DNA of 64,000 nucleotides from assembly GCA_012295275.1 (NCBI GenBank), contig CM022677.1, positions 13,578,001-13,642,000 of the forward strand. Direction: 5' to 3'. Below are positions 28,944 to 43,025 of this stretch, piece after piece. This DNA is from Chrysomallon squamiferum (taxonomy: Eukaryota > Animalia > Mollusca). The translations under genes and the position numbers were made by a program. The notes under the pieces are model-generated. The model saw only the letters and a program-made list of their open reading frames with translations, searched no databases and was not told the DNA's origin. Position 1 is the stretch's first letter, and every line of letters starts with the position of its first letter.

Positions 28944-29772
28944 CACATTAATCTGTATTTCTAGATATTTCTTAAAATAATCCTTCTCTTTTAACGATTA
29001 TATGTTTATTGCCTTATAAAATATAACATCACTTCCCACGAACACTATCTATTTTAATATTATGATTGCAAAAGACGGGAATTCTTAATAAAAATATCAC
29101 GTACTTTTTGGCTCAGCTGCTTGTAACACAAAGATAACTGCCGTTATCTCAAATTATGGCTGAAAATTTGGTCAGAATGTGATAAAGTAAGCTAATATTT
29201 TTTTCTTTATCTGAATATCAGTTTTATCTTATAAACGGCTGTAAACACTTTTTAAAAATAAATATGTTAGAAATACAGGAGAAATTAATGTAGTTTTCTG
29301 TTAGTTAAACGACAATCTTACAGTGATATCAAGAAATAAGAGGTTAATGTTTTAACGAGATTTAACAGTATTAAAGAGTATAAAAAGAAAAACGTTTTTA
29401 TTTTGTCTTCGCCTCCGAAATTAGTCTTTTTTCTTTTAGATGACTTGAAACTAATATCGTAATCGAGACTCATTTCCGACTCGCACGTCACTTCGCGTCT
29501 GCTAGAAAACATTTTAATCTTCGTTTACAATTGAATTCGCTGATAAGAAATATTCACTTATTAATAATGTTAATGACATCAAGGGTAGGCATCATAAACA
29601 GAAACAAAAGAAAAAAAAAAAAAAAAGAAAAACGATTGTGAATGCTCACGATTCGGAACTAAGGACCTCTAAGATTATAGTGTTTTTATCAGATCTCATT
29701 TTCTAAAACAACAGAAATTTAAAGTCAACAAACTTTTTTTAAATTTTATTTTATTAATTAATTAATTAATTA

Positions 29773-29803
<31 letters not shown>

Positions 29804-30324
29804 CAGAAAATTTAAAATAAATAAATAAATAAATAAATAAATAAGAATGCAATATGGAAAGTAATACTGAACAATCTATGCATTTTTCATTATTAACAAT
29901 GGAAAATATTTAAATATTGATTTTCCAAACCAGTTTCATTCACAATAAAAAATAAAAACTTATTTTAAAAAATGTATGGTGTAATAAGAGTATAATAATT
30001 TTATATCAACAGTGAAAAAGTAAATTGAGTAAAATGTACATTCTTCACAGGTCCATAATTAATGGGACACTTACTAAGAGAAAAAATATTTTTAATGTGT
30101 TATTACTTTCTCCTTATTTAAGTTTTTGGAAATCTCAATTTTAACTTTATAAAAAGCAACGTCCATAGTGAAAAGTGAAGTAAAATGTTATTTTTGGGGG
30201 GTGGTTTTCTGTTAAAAAGGAAGAAGTGAGAACACCTGAAATTAAGGAAATGTGTCATTATCTACATGACAGACTGATATTGAAAAGAAGAGGTGTAAAG
30301 TTTAAATCAACTTTTATTGTAAAC

Positions 30325-31259
30325 AAGAAGCTCAGTAGATATGAAGAAAGATGGATGGGTTTCCAGGTAAGTGCCCTTTTTAAATAAATTTATTAGAGAA
30401 AATAGGGTGAAGGTAAAGGTATATCAGATAACTGAATCTGAGAGATAATTTCAAAATATTTACTTTAAAGAGAAGCTCAATGTATATTTAGAATTATAGA
30501 ACAGGTTAAGTGATAAACATTGTTTATTTTAACTTCAATAAAAAGTTTTAAAAATGTCTATAAACACTGACAGATGAACAGATAGATGGAAAGGTGGATA
30601 ATGGATTAATACATAGATGTAGATTATACAGACTGCATGAGAAACAGTTAGACGGTAAAAATGGAATAATCAGATTTTGAAAGTGTGAAAGGAAATATAT
30701 AAAGTTACGTAGATACAGTTTGTTTGTAGATGGACAAACAGAAAGACAGGTTGTAATGTAGGTATGTAGACATAGTTAGATATGTAGGTAGTTAGGTAGG
30801 CAGGGAGTTGGGTAGATGGTTGGTGGATGGTTATGTGTTGCTACATGCATGAACGGACAAGATAAAAGAAAACTAAATAAGATAGAAGAAGCAGATAGGT
30901 AGGTAGATAGATAGGTTTGTGTATAGATAGATAACTCAGCAGGTTGATGGATAGATCCAAAGAGAGATAGAGATTGATGGATAGGAAGGTAGGTAACTAC
31001 ATGAATATGGAAGTGCAGGTACATGTGTTAGATGTGCTAGAACGTATGTGAATGAGAGTGTGCTTGTGTTATAAATGGACAGACATACAGAAACAGGTTG
31101 TAAGGTAGTTATGCTTGGAGGTAGCAGCAGATATGGACAGATGATTTACTGATGGTTATTGAAAGGAGGAGTTAATGTATATATCTTCATATGCATATTT
31201 GTATGTATGTGTGTGTGTGTCTGTATATATCTATATATACATACATATATATATATATT

Positions 31260-31295
<36 letters not shown>

Positions 31296-33271
31296 GGATG
31301 CATGGAAAAGAATTTAGAGGAATGTTTTGATCCACATAGTGTGAGTGATTAATTGATTTACTTAGAGTTTGATGGGCAGATAAATAGACAAATATACATA
31401 CAAATGGATTCATTGAAAAACAGGCAGTAAGATAGAAGGGACATTTACAGTCTATTTCATTTTACTTACATGAATTCATGTCAACAGTGGATTCTTGATT
31501 CCCTCCCTTTTTTGATCCACATAGACCAAAGTATGACAAGAACAGAAACAATAAAAAATGAAAATAAAACTATTTTAATAATATTTAACATAATCCTAAA
31601 ATATGATCCATTAATAACTACAAAAACAATAAAAGTTAAATAAAATTATTTTAATAATATTTAGTATAATTCTAAAAATATGTACAATAACAACAACAAT
31701 AAAAAGATAAAGCTATTTTAATTATTATTTTATTCTGAAACTATCATGCAATAACAACAATAATAAAACGAGAAATAAAACTTTTAATATAAAAATAAGT
31801 CATTGTATCAATATTGAGATATTTCTTTTTAATAAAAACAACAACAACAGATCCTAATAAGAGTAATGCACAAAGCCAGTTATTGATTATATTTTTAAAG
31901 ATTTATTAATTGAATATTTTTATATTATTAGACTGATTACTGGGGTTCAGATCTTTTGAAAAAGAATTAAAATAGGGCTGGATTAAGACAGCAAATGTTA
32001 TAATTGGACACATTGAAGACAAATTGTCATGAACTGATTTGATGATCAATTTAAAATACAGAAATGGGTAAGAAAATATTAGTTTTATTTTTACATTCAA
32101 CCCACAGTGATAGACATAAAGTATGTTTTTCCTAGGAATAGTCTTGTCTTTAAAACTCCGCTTATTGTATTGTTAGATAAGTACATTTTTTCTTATTTTA
32201 ATTAATAGAAAAAAGTATATTTCAAAAATTAGCTGGTTGATGTACAGCTGTTAATATTTGATAATAATACTTTTATGAATGTTATTTAAGAATGAAAAAC
32301 CTGCTTAGGTTCAATACTTGTATATGTGTCTGTAATTATTAGAAAGTCTAATTAAATCATTTATCAGAAATGGTCAGTGAAAATATTTGAATAAGAAGAA
32401 TAAAATTTCATTTTTGTTTGAAATGTCTGCATTTAAAAATATTTTGCGGTAAAAACATATAAGCTGATTGATGAAACAGAGAAAACAAAAATATTAATAT
32501 ATTTTCTGTGGTGACTAAAAGTTACACTGTTTATGAAAAGGTTACACAGAAATAGTTATTAACATTTTTGTATTTATTATATTTATTTATAGAATTTTAA
32601 GTAGTTTTGCACTAAATGTTGTGGTCTTTTTTATTTTATGGTTGTTACAGAATGTAATCCTTAAAATTGATATTCTTTTTCTGTGTCTGTCCATTTTTTG
32701 TTTTCCTAAATCATTTATTTTTCAATGCGAACTCTTAAATAACATACAGCTTACATTTTCAGACACTCAATAAAATTATGAACCTTGATCGAGGAAGACA
32801 CTGATCACCATGATGGTCAAGGTGATAATGGCAGTGTTTCACCCATAATAAACATTACAATGCCAAATACTTTGACAAGGTAGCTAAACTTTTATTTCTT
32901 TGTTTTCTTTTCTCAACTTATTTGTCATTTTCGTCATGGTGATATGCAGCTGTTTGAACTTAAACGATAAGATTTAGGTAGTGAATTTATATTTCATTGT
33001 TCCACAGTATGTGTAACAGGCAGAGGTCCTTCCCTTCTTGTGACCACATTGCTGTATGAAACTTATCAGTGAACTCAGTAAAACGTCCAGCTGCATTTGC
33101 AATGAATAACCTTTTTTTAAATTATTTTAAATACATTTCTTAGTAATTCTTTGTGTTTTTCCAAAATATTTAAATTGCCTACTGACTTATTGGATTTATT
33201 ATCCTTTTATTTTTGTTTCAGAATGGATGACAATAAGCCTGCTGAATATGCAGAAAATGGTGCAGTGAAAA
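30325..33271 (+). pseudogene. Possible degenerate spliced gene remnant (AG/GT-bounded exon-like blocks)
   Basis: Blocks at ~30328-30366, ~31932-32067 (GWIKTANVII..MINLKYRNG, weakly ankyrin-like, with stops), 32763-32878 and 33222-33271 (MDDNKPAEYAENGAVKR then GTAAGT). Confidence 0.3.
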
Positions 33272-33624
33272 GGTAAGTAAAGATTAAATTATGTTTTGCT
33301 ATAAAGTTTTCACACATGATCATAGTAAAATAAAATGTATAGATAAGAATGATGATTATTTATTTTAAGTACATGATCATTAGCCAGTAATTGTTAAGAA
33401 ATATGTTTTTGTAAGTTTGGTTAACAATAGGCATTTTTCCTTCTCAATTTTTACTAAAGTAAAAACATTAATTGTTGTGCATTTCATTTATTTATTTACT
33501 ATTGGTCTTAATAAAAATCAAAATGAGCTTTTTAATCAGTTAAATAAAACACTTTTTAGATTTATCAAGTATAACAAACATACCTTCACTTTCTGTGTTC
33601 ACACATTACTATTACTGACAATAT

Positions 33625-33824
33625 NNNNNNNNNNNNNNNNNNNNNNNNNNNNNNNNNNNNNNNNNNNNNNNNNNNNNNNNNNNNNNNNNNNNNNNNNNNN
33701 NNNNNNNNNNNNNNNNNNNNNNNNNNNNNNNNNNNNNNNNNNNNNNNNNNNNNNNNNNNNNNNNNNNNNNNNNNNNNNNNNNNNNNNNNNNNNNNNNNNN
33801 NNNNNNNNNNNNNNNNNNNNNNNN
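33625..33824. other. Assembly gap (200 N)
   Basis: Run of N bases. Confidence 1.
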
Positions 33825-33974
33825 TGACTGAAGTGTTTGTATAAGACTAAAGTCATGTACAGACTGCAGTGCTGTAGTACAGAAAATGATTGTCACAGTT
33901 TATTATGTTCAATGAAATTTCTTCATTTTACTCAATCTTTTGAAAGATAAACTAAAGTTTGTATTCTCTCTTTT

Positions 33975-34498
33975 CAGAATTGTACACGTCAAGAATGCCT
34001 ATGTCACTCTTTGTCGCTCTGGCAGTATTTTTTTCAGTGGATTTAATATTCTTTGTCTTAGACTTTTCTATACTTTCACACCAGTACTTTTTATTCCTCC
34101 AAATGAAGAAATCCTTCAAACATCTTTTTTTAGCAGTGTCATTAATGATCTTCCCTCTTTTCACCTTCATATTCTTGCACATCTTTTTCGATTCCACCAT
34201 TACACGTTTTCTGCCTCCTTTCTGTTTACTTTTGTGTTCATGTTACCTCTACTTCACTGTTCCCTCTGCTTTGGTTCATTGAGCCATACCTTCTCCTGGT
34301 GGTTTGTGGATAATCTCACACAGGCCTTCATTAAAACCCAGTCTCCTCTTTCATTTGTGGTACTTGTCTTTGAACATCTCGTGTGGATAGATATCTTTAG
34401 TGCAAGGAATGCAGCCTGATAGGGTCCATAGAAGAAAATTGGATATTTTGGAGTTTTTACTGACGGTGGAGGTCATCAATCCTTGCCAGCCAGTGTGA
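33975..34498 (-). pseudogene. Second copy of the inverted PWWP retrocopy segment
   Basis: Minus strand reads [56 protein letters not shown]. Confidence 0.86.
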
Positions 34499-34501
34499 AC
34501 T

Positions 34502-35616
34502 GATTGTTTCGAGTAAAAGGAAAGTATTACATGGCAGTGAAAGCAAATCGAAACTCAGTCTGTTAGAGAAGATGACACCAATCAACACAGCATAGATAAA
34601 CATTGTGATGAAAAGGTGACGGAAAAGTCAAAAACAGATACTAAAGTAAAAGAGGATGAACGCAAAAAGTAAAAATAAACTAACAAAAAAAGAAAGTTGG
34701 GAGTAGATGATGATGAAAACAAGAAAAAAACTGGATGACGATCGCATACAGCAGGAATGTAGTGAGTGAATCAGACAGAAAGCAGAGGTTGTCTTCAACA
34801 AGTTCAAAGCTTTTTTCTCAAAGATTGATGCAGACAAGCTACAACAGGTTGATAAACAAAGCAGTGAAGAAGGTGAGACGCCATGTGATTTGAAACAGTA
34901 TGAAATAGTGGATGGGAACATTGATGTGAACAAACCACTGAACATATCAGCAGGTGACTCACAATTAACTAATAATAGTTTAGTTAAAACAGAGAAGGGA
35001 GAACCTTCGTGGCCTACAAGTGACAATAACTTTCCAAGGTGAAACAAAGATAACCACGAGGAAGGAACACAAGGTCACAAACCACAGCTTGAAAGTGACA
35101 ATGTAGAAGAGAAAACAACTAAACAGTGTGTCTGAAAGGGTTGTTAGTGATGTGTCAGCCACTTCTCTGCTGCAGTCAGGTTATAATTCTGCTAGTACTG
35201 GATTGCATTCTGGGATCACAGTGGTGTCTCATTCAAAGACAGAGGATGCTGGGAAGGCTTCTGGGAAATATTCGGGTATTGTAAAAACAAGGCTGTTAGA
35301 TGTTCCTCTCACAGACGTGTCATCAGACAGCAGCAGCTTGAAACCAACACACTGAAACTCTCCTTTATCAAGTGATGATGATTCTAGTCCCAACACAAAC
35401 AATTCACCTCTTGTAAGCTTCCAGAGCGATGGTGATGAAGCTGAATGGAGGAGGGTATCAGTGACAAACTAGAGGAGATCATAAAGGAAACGTTAGCCAG
35501 CGAGACAGCAAAAAGAGAAGCAGTAGCTAAAGAAGAGAACATAAGACAACGGCAGACAGTAACATGATGCTGTCATGGACGATGATGAGGAACTCTATAA
35601 ATTACTTGGTGTTTAG
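34502..35616 (+). pseudogene. Second copy of the sense 3' part of the LEDGF/HDGFL2-like retrocopy
   Basis: IRQKAEVVFNKFKAFFSKIDADKLQQVDKQSSEEGE is in frame in this copy. It ends DDDEELYKLLGV*. Confidence 0.72.
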
Positions 35617-37234
35617 AATTTGTTAGACATGTGATGTTCGTGGGTTAATAGATAGCCTGATAGAAACACAGATAAGCTTTTCTCCAGACATTAACACTTT
35701 GAAAAAACCATCAGACACCATTTCCAGTTTTATCTCAAAATGTTTACCTCTTTATCTTTTAGAGTAGATGTTTTTTGAAATATTGTTTTAGTTTTTGTTA
35801 TTTTATAAAGTACTGTATCAACAATTTACTTTATAAAGATGTTTTAATACTTTTAGATGTATTTTTGACAGTACAGGTGTAAAATATGGGTGGCATTCAT
35901 ATTTTATAGAAACTTTTTGATCAGTGTTATAATCAGCTAGTTATGTCTAGTGAATATTCAATACTGTCCAAATTTCTAGGTTTTTACTTTCTATCTTTTG
36001 TGTTAGCATCTTTTTAAATTCTTATTATATTTCTGGAATTTGATAAAAGTGCTATTTTAAAAATGTACTTATTATTTAATGTTTCCTTGGTGTCTGTTAA
36101 TATGTTATTTGTGTGGAGCAAGGGAAAGAGATTTATATTCTGCTATCATTGTTATGTGTGTATCTATGCCTCATGCACATGTGTGTGTAAAAACAACTTT
36201 CTTTCATTTTATGAATGCTAACAAACCTCAGTATATAAATATGTATTAGTGATGTTATTTTAATTTTTTATTATAATAATAATTATTATTACTTTTATAT
36301 TAATATATATTTTTTTAATTCTCATAAATTGTTTGTTTTACTGTTAATGTGAGATGTTTGCAATATTTTGATCATGCAATTTTGAAATCACCATCAAAAA
36401 GTCTTCAGATATAAATGTTAATTCCATTATTATTAAATCTCTTTGAACAACAAATGTCCAATATTTTCAACAATATGTTTTGATCTGGTGTGTTTTGTTC
36501 TCTTTTGTTTGGTTGTGTGATGTTTATTTTAATTTTATTTGATGTGTGTTGTGTGATATATAATGGATATATGATGGATTTGTCAGGTTTTTTTTATAAT
36601 GTTAACATTTTAGTATTAAAATATAACTTTAATAATTTAATGAAATATTTTAATAAATGATGTTAGTATGTAATTTTCAGTATTAACATTGCTATCTTAT
36701 TAATGTTTGACACGTGGTTTTCAATATATAACATTACTATCTAATTAATGTTTGACTATAAAACAGTTATTTGGATTCCCTTATCCAATATATTTAGAAT
36801 CAAAATTAACTCAAAATGAATATATCGTTTAATAATATAGGTTTTGTTGATAATATGTCGATGATTTTATATAATAAGTTTAATAATTTTAGTGAAGAAA
36901 AGTATCTGTTATGCTGTGCATCAAACAACTGAGACATTTCACCATTTCAGCTCTTCAGATGAGAAAAAAAAAAACCTCATCCATAATTTGTGTTGTTTAT
37001 AATTATACTACTGCCAAAAAAATGTTCCCCTCAATGTCTGTTTATTATAAAATATTCTTTTATTAGTATTTATTATTTTTATTTTTTTTCAATTGTATAT
37101 TTCTGATTATGTAATTTTAAAAAGTAGCTGGCAATCAAATGGAGAAAATATACTTTTTGAAAAAAGGACAGAAACATTATTTATTTATTTATTTATTTAT
37201 TATTTATTTATTATGGTTTATTATTATTATTATT

Positions 37235-37297
<63 letters not shown>

Positions 37298-38255
37298 TTT
37301 GGAAGAAATAGTTTCATAAAAGTTGGGGGTTGTTAGGTGGGATTTTCTCTTTTCTTGAAGAATTTTATTTATAAATACATTCATTCAAACAATGTGTGTG
37401 TGCATGTGTGTACTTGCATGCGTATGTAAATTAATTTGGACAAAGAACCTCATTTGTTTTAATTGTTATTTGTTTTGTTTTTAAAAACGTTAATGTTTTG
37501 AGGATAAAAATATAATATTTAAAAGTTTCTAAAGTTTTCCTCTTTTATATTCTTCTGTCTCAATCATCCTCATACATTTTTCTTTCATTTCTGTATATTT
37601 TTCTCTCATTCAATTTCATTTAATTTTATTTTTTCTTATTGTATTTCTGTTCTTTAATCTAGTTATGAATCTGTGTTCTGTTTTCTAGTCTGTCTGTCGG
37701 TCTGTCAATTTTTAAAGAATGGTTGTGAAATACCTACATGAATGCTCAATAATAATTTTCAGTAGTTGTATTTTTAATTTTTTTCTCTCATTTTTGCATC
37801 ATGCTTGGAAAAAAGAAAAAAAAATTATATTCCATTTTCATTTGTCTTTTTGTCAAAAATAAATGATTAGTGAAAATATTTTTGTTGTTATTTGTTTCTG
37901 TTATTCTGATATTGTTTGATGAACATGTTACAGCTAATATCTTCATTTATGAAAAACTGGTATGTTTTAACTACTACTTCTACTATGCTACTTCTACTAT
38001 TACTACTACTACTATTACTGCTGCCAGCCATACAATTTATACTACTACTACTACTGCTCCTACTATTATTGCTACTACTAACGATAATAATATTTAATAC
38101 AAAAATAATGTAATAAAAATGTCTCAACCATTACACGATACCATGCAGTTCAGTCTTTCGAGAGTTTTGTACTTGACATTGTTAAAACAGAACAGATCAG
38201 AAAACTTATTGCTATTATTATTATTATGATTATTATTATTATTATTATTATTATT

Positions 38256-38291
<36 letters not shown>

Positions 38292-38859
38292 GCTGTTGTT
38301 TTAATAATAATAATAATAATTATTATTATTATTATTGTTATTATTATTATTATTATTAAAAGGAAAAGACATGCCGATGTGATTTTATGAGTTTCTGTAG
38401 TTACAGGATAAATAAATTGTTGGGGAAAGTATAATCTACTTAATGACATAATCGAAAGAGAAATAACAAAGTAAAGTATTCGGAACGGGAAATTAATCGT
38501 GTTCTCTGTAACTTTTTAATTTGTCACAAAGTACATTTAATTTATGCACAGTAAACGCCATGAAGGAAATACATTTGTACAGTGGGATTTATGTTTTGAA
38601 ATTTCAAAAATCATGTCTCAAATTCACCCTAGCATGCAGAGTTCACGTGAGTTCATATTATTGGGGATTTTTTACATTGTTTTGCTTGTTATTATTACGT
38701 TATAATTTATTCATATAATAAAAATGAATCCGTTAGAGAATATGCATGACGTCACTGCCACAGAATCCCGAAGTATCGCTTCGAGACTATATTGAAAGCG
38801 CTCGATCCGGGGACACGTTAAGAATTACTGTAATTAAGAACGTAATTAAAATTTGAACG

Positions 38860-38925
<66 letters not shown>

Positions 38926-39182
38926 TTTTTGTATGGATACTTGGTTTACGTCATGTCATTTTACTGTGCGTTAGTGCTGTCTTCACTTCGCTGTGGATTA
39001 CCTCTGGACCGGTGAATTTAGCAGACGAATAAGGTAGGTTGGGTTTTGTTTACAAAATGACAGGAGGCTCAAAAACGCGCGCTTCGTTCTCCAAGCGGCG
39101 TTTTTCACCTGGCAAATAAAGCGTTTGTAATATTTGATCGGGCCCTTAGTTTTAGTTTTATTTTTCAATTTAGGGATTAAAG

Positions 39183-39358
39183 CAGGGGTGCGCAAACTGA
39201 GGCTGTGGGAAGGATGTCGCCTCGTCACATTTTCGTTACAGAGATTCATTGTTAAAAATTAGGCAAAGTCATATTATGTTACGCTTTCAGATTTTACGCG
39301 TAATCACAAATGAAATTTGTGCAGCCAGTGAAGTTAAAGCGGAGTTTGCGCAGCCCTG
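39183..39358. mobile_element. hAT/Charlie-type MITE
   Basis: TIRs CAGGGGTGCGCAAACT / AGTTTGCGCAGCCCTG. Degenerate 8-bp TSD GATTAAAG / GTTTAGAG. Confidence 0.8.
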
Positions 39359-39752
39359 GTTTAGAGCGATGACTAGAGGGACACATGTAGTCTGTGTACT
39401 GAATTAGAGAAAAGCGAGAACGGTTAGAAAAGATACTGAATCACTGACTTCATCTGCTTATTTTCTTAGACATATTCTTGTACAGAATGTAAACTTTACA
39501 ATCTTATAATTAATATTTCAAAATAGCTTCTATCAAAACAACAACAATATTAATAACAAATATTTTAAAAAACCCTCCGAAATTTAAGAAAAAATAGTAG
39601 AATGTAAACTCTGTTAGTGTTGTATAGTTAATTATGTTTAAGTGTACGTCACGCACCCTTTCTGTTGTTTCTTAATTCCTTCTATTTATCAACTTTAACA
39701 GTCTTTAACATGATTAGCTATTCTTCTGTTTCTGTCTCCATTCCTTTAAAAA

Positions 39753-39841
<89 letters not shown>

Positions 39842-41680
39842 CACACACACACAGATACACAGTCACCAAGAATCATATCTACATAAACAAGTCACTGAAA
39901 ATAACCATGTTGCCCAAATCCAATTTTTATTTTAAAAAAATGTCCACCTACACCAGCACTTATCTACTGTTTTACTTTGATCTTACCCATCACTTCCCTG
40001 TCCCTAGAGAATTAACACACCCCTCAAAAATATTCAACAGATCTGTATACCCTCCTCCATCATATATATATATAAATGTTAGTAATGTTAGAAATAAATT
40101 ATCCGTAAAGAAAACAAGCACATTGTGGTTTTAAAATCAGTTTTATTTCGATTAATGGTTACAGAAAGTGGTAAATTTTAGTTTTTATAAGTACTTCATT
40201 TAATAGTTGTTAACACACTAATTTCAAAAACCATATTTATTTCATTTAATAGAATAATAGTAAAAAAAAACAATAATTTCAAAAATCATTTTATTTCATA
40301 TAACAATTAATTGTTTACAGAAAATATCAAAACATGCATTAACTTTACATTATTTTATTTCATTTAATAATAAATTGTTTACAGAAAATAGTAAAAAGAA
40401 ATAACAAAATGGTTTTAAAAATTGCTTTCATTTCATATTTAATGTTTACACTAACTATTTAAAAAACAACAAAGTAATTTATAAAAATAGTTTCAGTTTA
40501 CTTCATTTCATTTAAAGTTTACTAAAGTATTATTAATAAAAATAAAAACAATTAAGTACCTAGCAGAAAACAACGACTAAGACTGAATGCATTTTAAAAT
40601 AAGTTTAATGTTAATACATTTTTCATAATTATGAGAGAGAGAGAGAGATTGTTGTTGTTGTTTTTTTATTATTATTTCTTACTCCTTAAAGTTCTGTTCT
40701 TGTTTTAATTATTTATTTATTTATTTATTATTTTTTATTTATAAAGGAGTAATGTTGTCCTTGCTAGTAACAGTGGTGAGTTAGTAGCTGGAAGTATGTT
40801 TGATTACATTTTGCAGTTTCCCATTGGGTTGCTCCTATTTTTGTTTTGTTTTTTCAATCACAATGAGGCCCATTTTAGGTAGCAGAATAATTTCTGGTTT
40901 TGATGGTCTAGATCAGATAATGTAATTAGAGATGGTTTTTATTGTTATTTATTTTAATGATGATTGTTATGAGGCTTTGTTTGGGTTATCAGATACTTAA
41001 ATGTCTGTTGCAGATGTCTGTCAATGTACATCCACTCAATCATGAAGACAGTTATAACAAACAGTTAGATAACTGCTTCCATTGGTCAGCAAGAAAAAAT
41101 ATGTTATAAACACCTTCTCGTAGACAGTAAAACATCTGTCACAGATTTTGATCATTCATTCACTGAGTTCTACTCAGAACAGGAAAATCCTAATACTTAC
41201 TGAGACAAAAACTGATCTTGTTGGTCAGATCTCACTGAAAAACAGTCACCTTCATTTTATTATCACTGTGAAATAAAAACACACCTTGTAATTTCACCTC
41301 TATGCCTGTGTCTAACAAAGTGGAAATTTGCACATTATTAATATTATTTTTGACAAACAAGTAATCTGAACATTGTTCAAAGTTCTTGTACTCTGAACAT
41401 TTTCAGTAACCTCCCTTTGTTTAACTTTCACCAGTTACACCGATTCCCACCATCCCTTTCACAAAAGCTGGTGAACCACTGGTATTATAATTATTATTAT
41501 AATTAGTAGTAGTAGTACTACTATTATTGTTATTACAGCTACTGCTACTAATACTGCTACAAAAAATTATTATTATCTCTATAATTATTATTAGTAATAG
41601 TAGTAGTAGTATAGTACTGGATTGATATTGATTATTACTGGAAGTATTATTATATAAAAGTATTGTTATTGTTATTATTA

Positions 41681-41734
<54 letters not shown>

Positions 41735-41987
41735 CTGTTGTTGTTGTTGTTATTGAGGAATCCGTGGAGAGGAGTGTGCTGACTAGTGCTGTCACCCCAA
41801 GTGTGTTGGGGGTGCAACGGAACTAAGAACACTGACTGTCTGCTGAGTTGAACTTTGACCTCAAACTGAACACTAGCTTACTGAACTGTATATGTAACTG
41901 TCTGTTGTTTGTAATTGCGTGTGTGTGTGCATTTGATACCCACATTTATTAATAGTAATAGTTATTAATATTTATTATTATTATTAT

Positions 41988-42033
<46 letters not shown>

Positions 42034-42296
42034 CAGTGGTACCTTGACTTACAAGTGTTTTTTGTTGTTGTTTTAATGTTTTTTTCAGTCTTGTCGTTTC
42101 CTCAATGAAGGTACCTGCGAGTCCTGCTGTCCCCAGCAGTATACATTGACCTTGACCTTGATAAAATGGTGCTTATTCCAAAAGCAAAGTTCATATTAGG
42201 GTCTCTGTGTGTGAGGAGATGTCCAGGTAAAAAACAAAGAGTGAAAATAGTAAAAATGTATTAATTATAAAAAATAACAACAACATAATCTGTTCA

Positions 42297-42623
42297 AAAA
42301 AGCCATATTTCCAGCAGCAGCAAACAACCACTATAAACAACACACGTACATCCAAAAACCCAGACAACAGGAGAGTAGGATTCGCCTTCATAGTCCAAGA
42401 TCACACAAACAAACCCACATGCATACAATTCGGCCGTATCACAAATCACCTTTCAGCATGCACGGCCGAATTCCAGCAGACCAGACCTACTCAGCAGAAT
42501 ACAACATCTACACGAGGACATACAACACAACAACAAACAACTAATCATCAAGTGGCTCCCAGCACATGTCAGCATCATCGGCAACGAACTTGCCGACCAT
42601 TACGCTAAAGAGTCACTCAGCAT
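42297..42623 (+). mobile_element. Non-LTR RNase H fragment (paralog of 22797-23133), truncated at the viral junction
   Basis: Encodes KQLIIKWLPAHVSIIGNELADHYAKESLS. Homology to the first copy stops at GAGTCACTCAGCAT. Confidence 0.85.
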
Positions 42624-42659
42624 ATTGTTCATTTGATTATTATCAGTTGTTGAATTAGG

Positions 42660-43025
42660 ATGTTCACAGCTTTGGGTATAATTGCTACTGAAATCATTGA
42701 ATTTGCGTTTGATACATCAGTGGAACTTGCTACATCAGCTATTACAGATTCTACCGCTCCAGCTATAGCCGAAATTGTCGGAGCTGACAGTGTATATCTA
42801 CCTCAAGCGACTGCTATCGGACAAAGTATAGTTGAATCTTCTGTAGAAGGCACTGCTAGCTATACTAAAACTCAAATAAACGACGCTTTGGATCAATTCA
42901 CTGATTTTGTGAATTCAAAAGATACAGCAGTAGATAATAACGTTTAATCTGAAGAACGAGAGGAATTGGAAACTGAAGAGGACGAATACGTATCATATAT
43001 GCATACTACTAGTCCAATTTCATGA
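42660..43025 (+). pseudogene. Viral small upstream ORF (~121 aa), genome 1; one premature stop at 42945
   Basis: MFTALGIIATEIIEFAFDTSVELATSAI...V*SEEREELETEEDEYVSYMHTTSPIS*. It is homologous to 48152-48515, and its TGA overlaps the capsid ATG (ATGA). Confidence 0.8.

Larger units (their letters stand above)
33825..42623 (+). repeat. Segmental duplication, copy 2 (with ~3.2 kb extra sequence at 36840-40040)
   Basis: Colinear homology to 15752-23133. It starts at the gap and ends at the viral junction. Confidence 0.88.

Noticed and set aside
33417-33896. ORFs spanning X residues
   Set aside because: Artefacts of translating through the 200-N gap.
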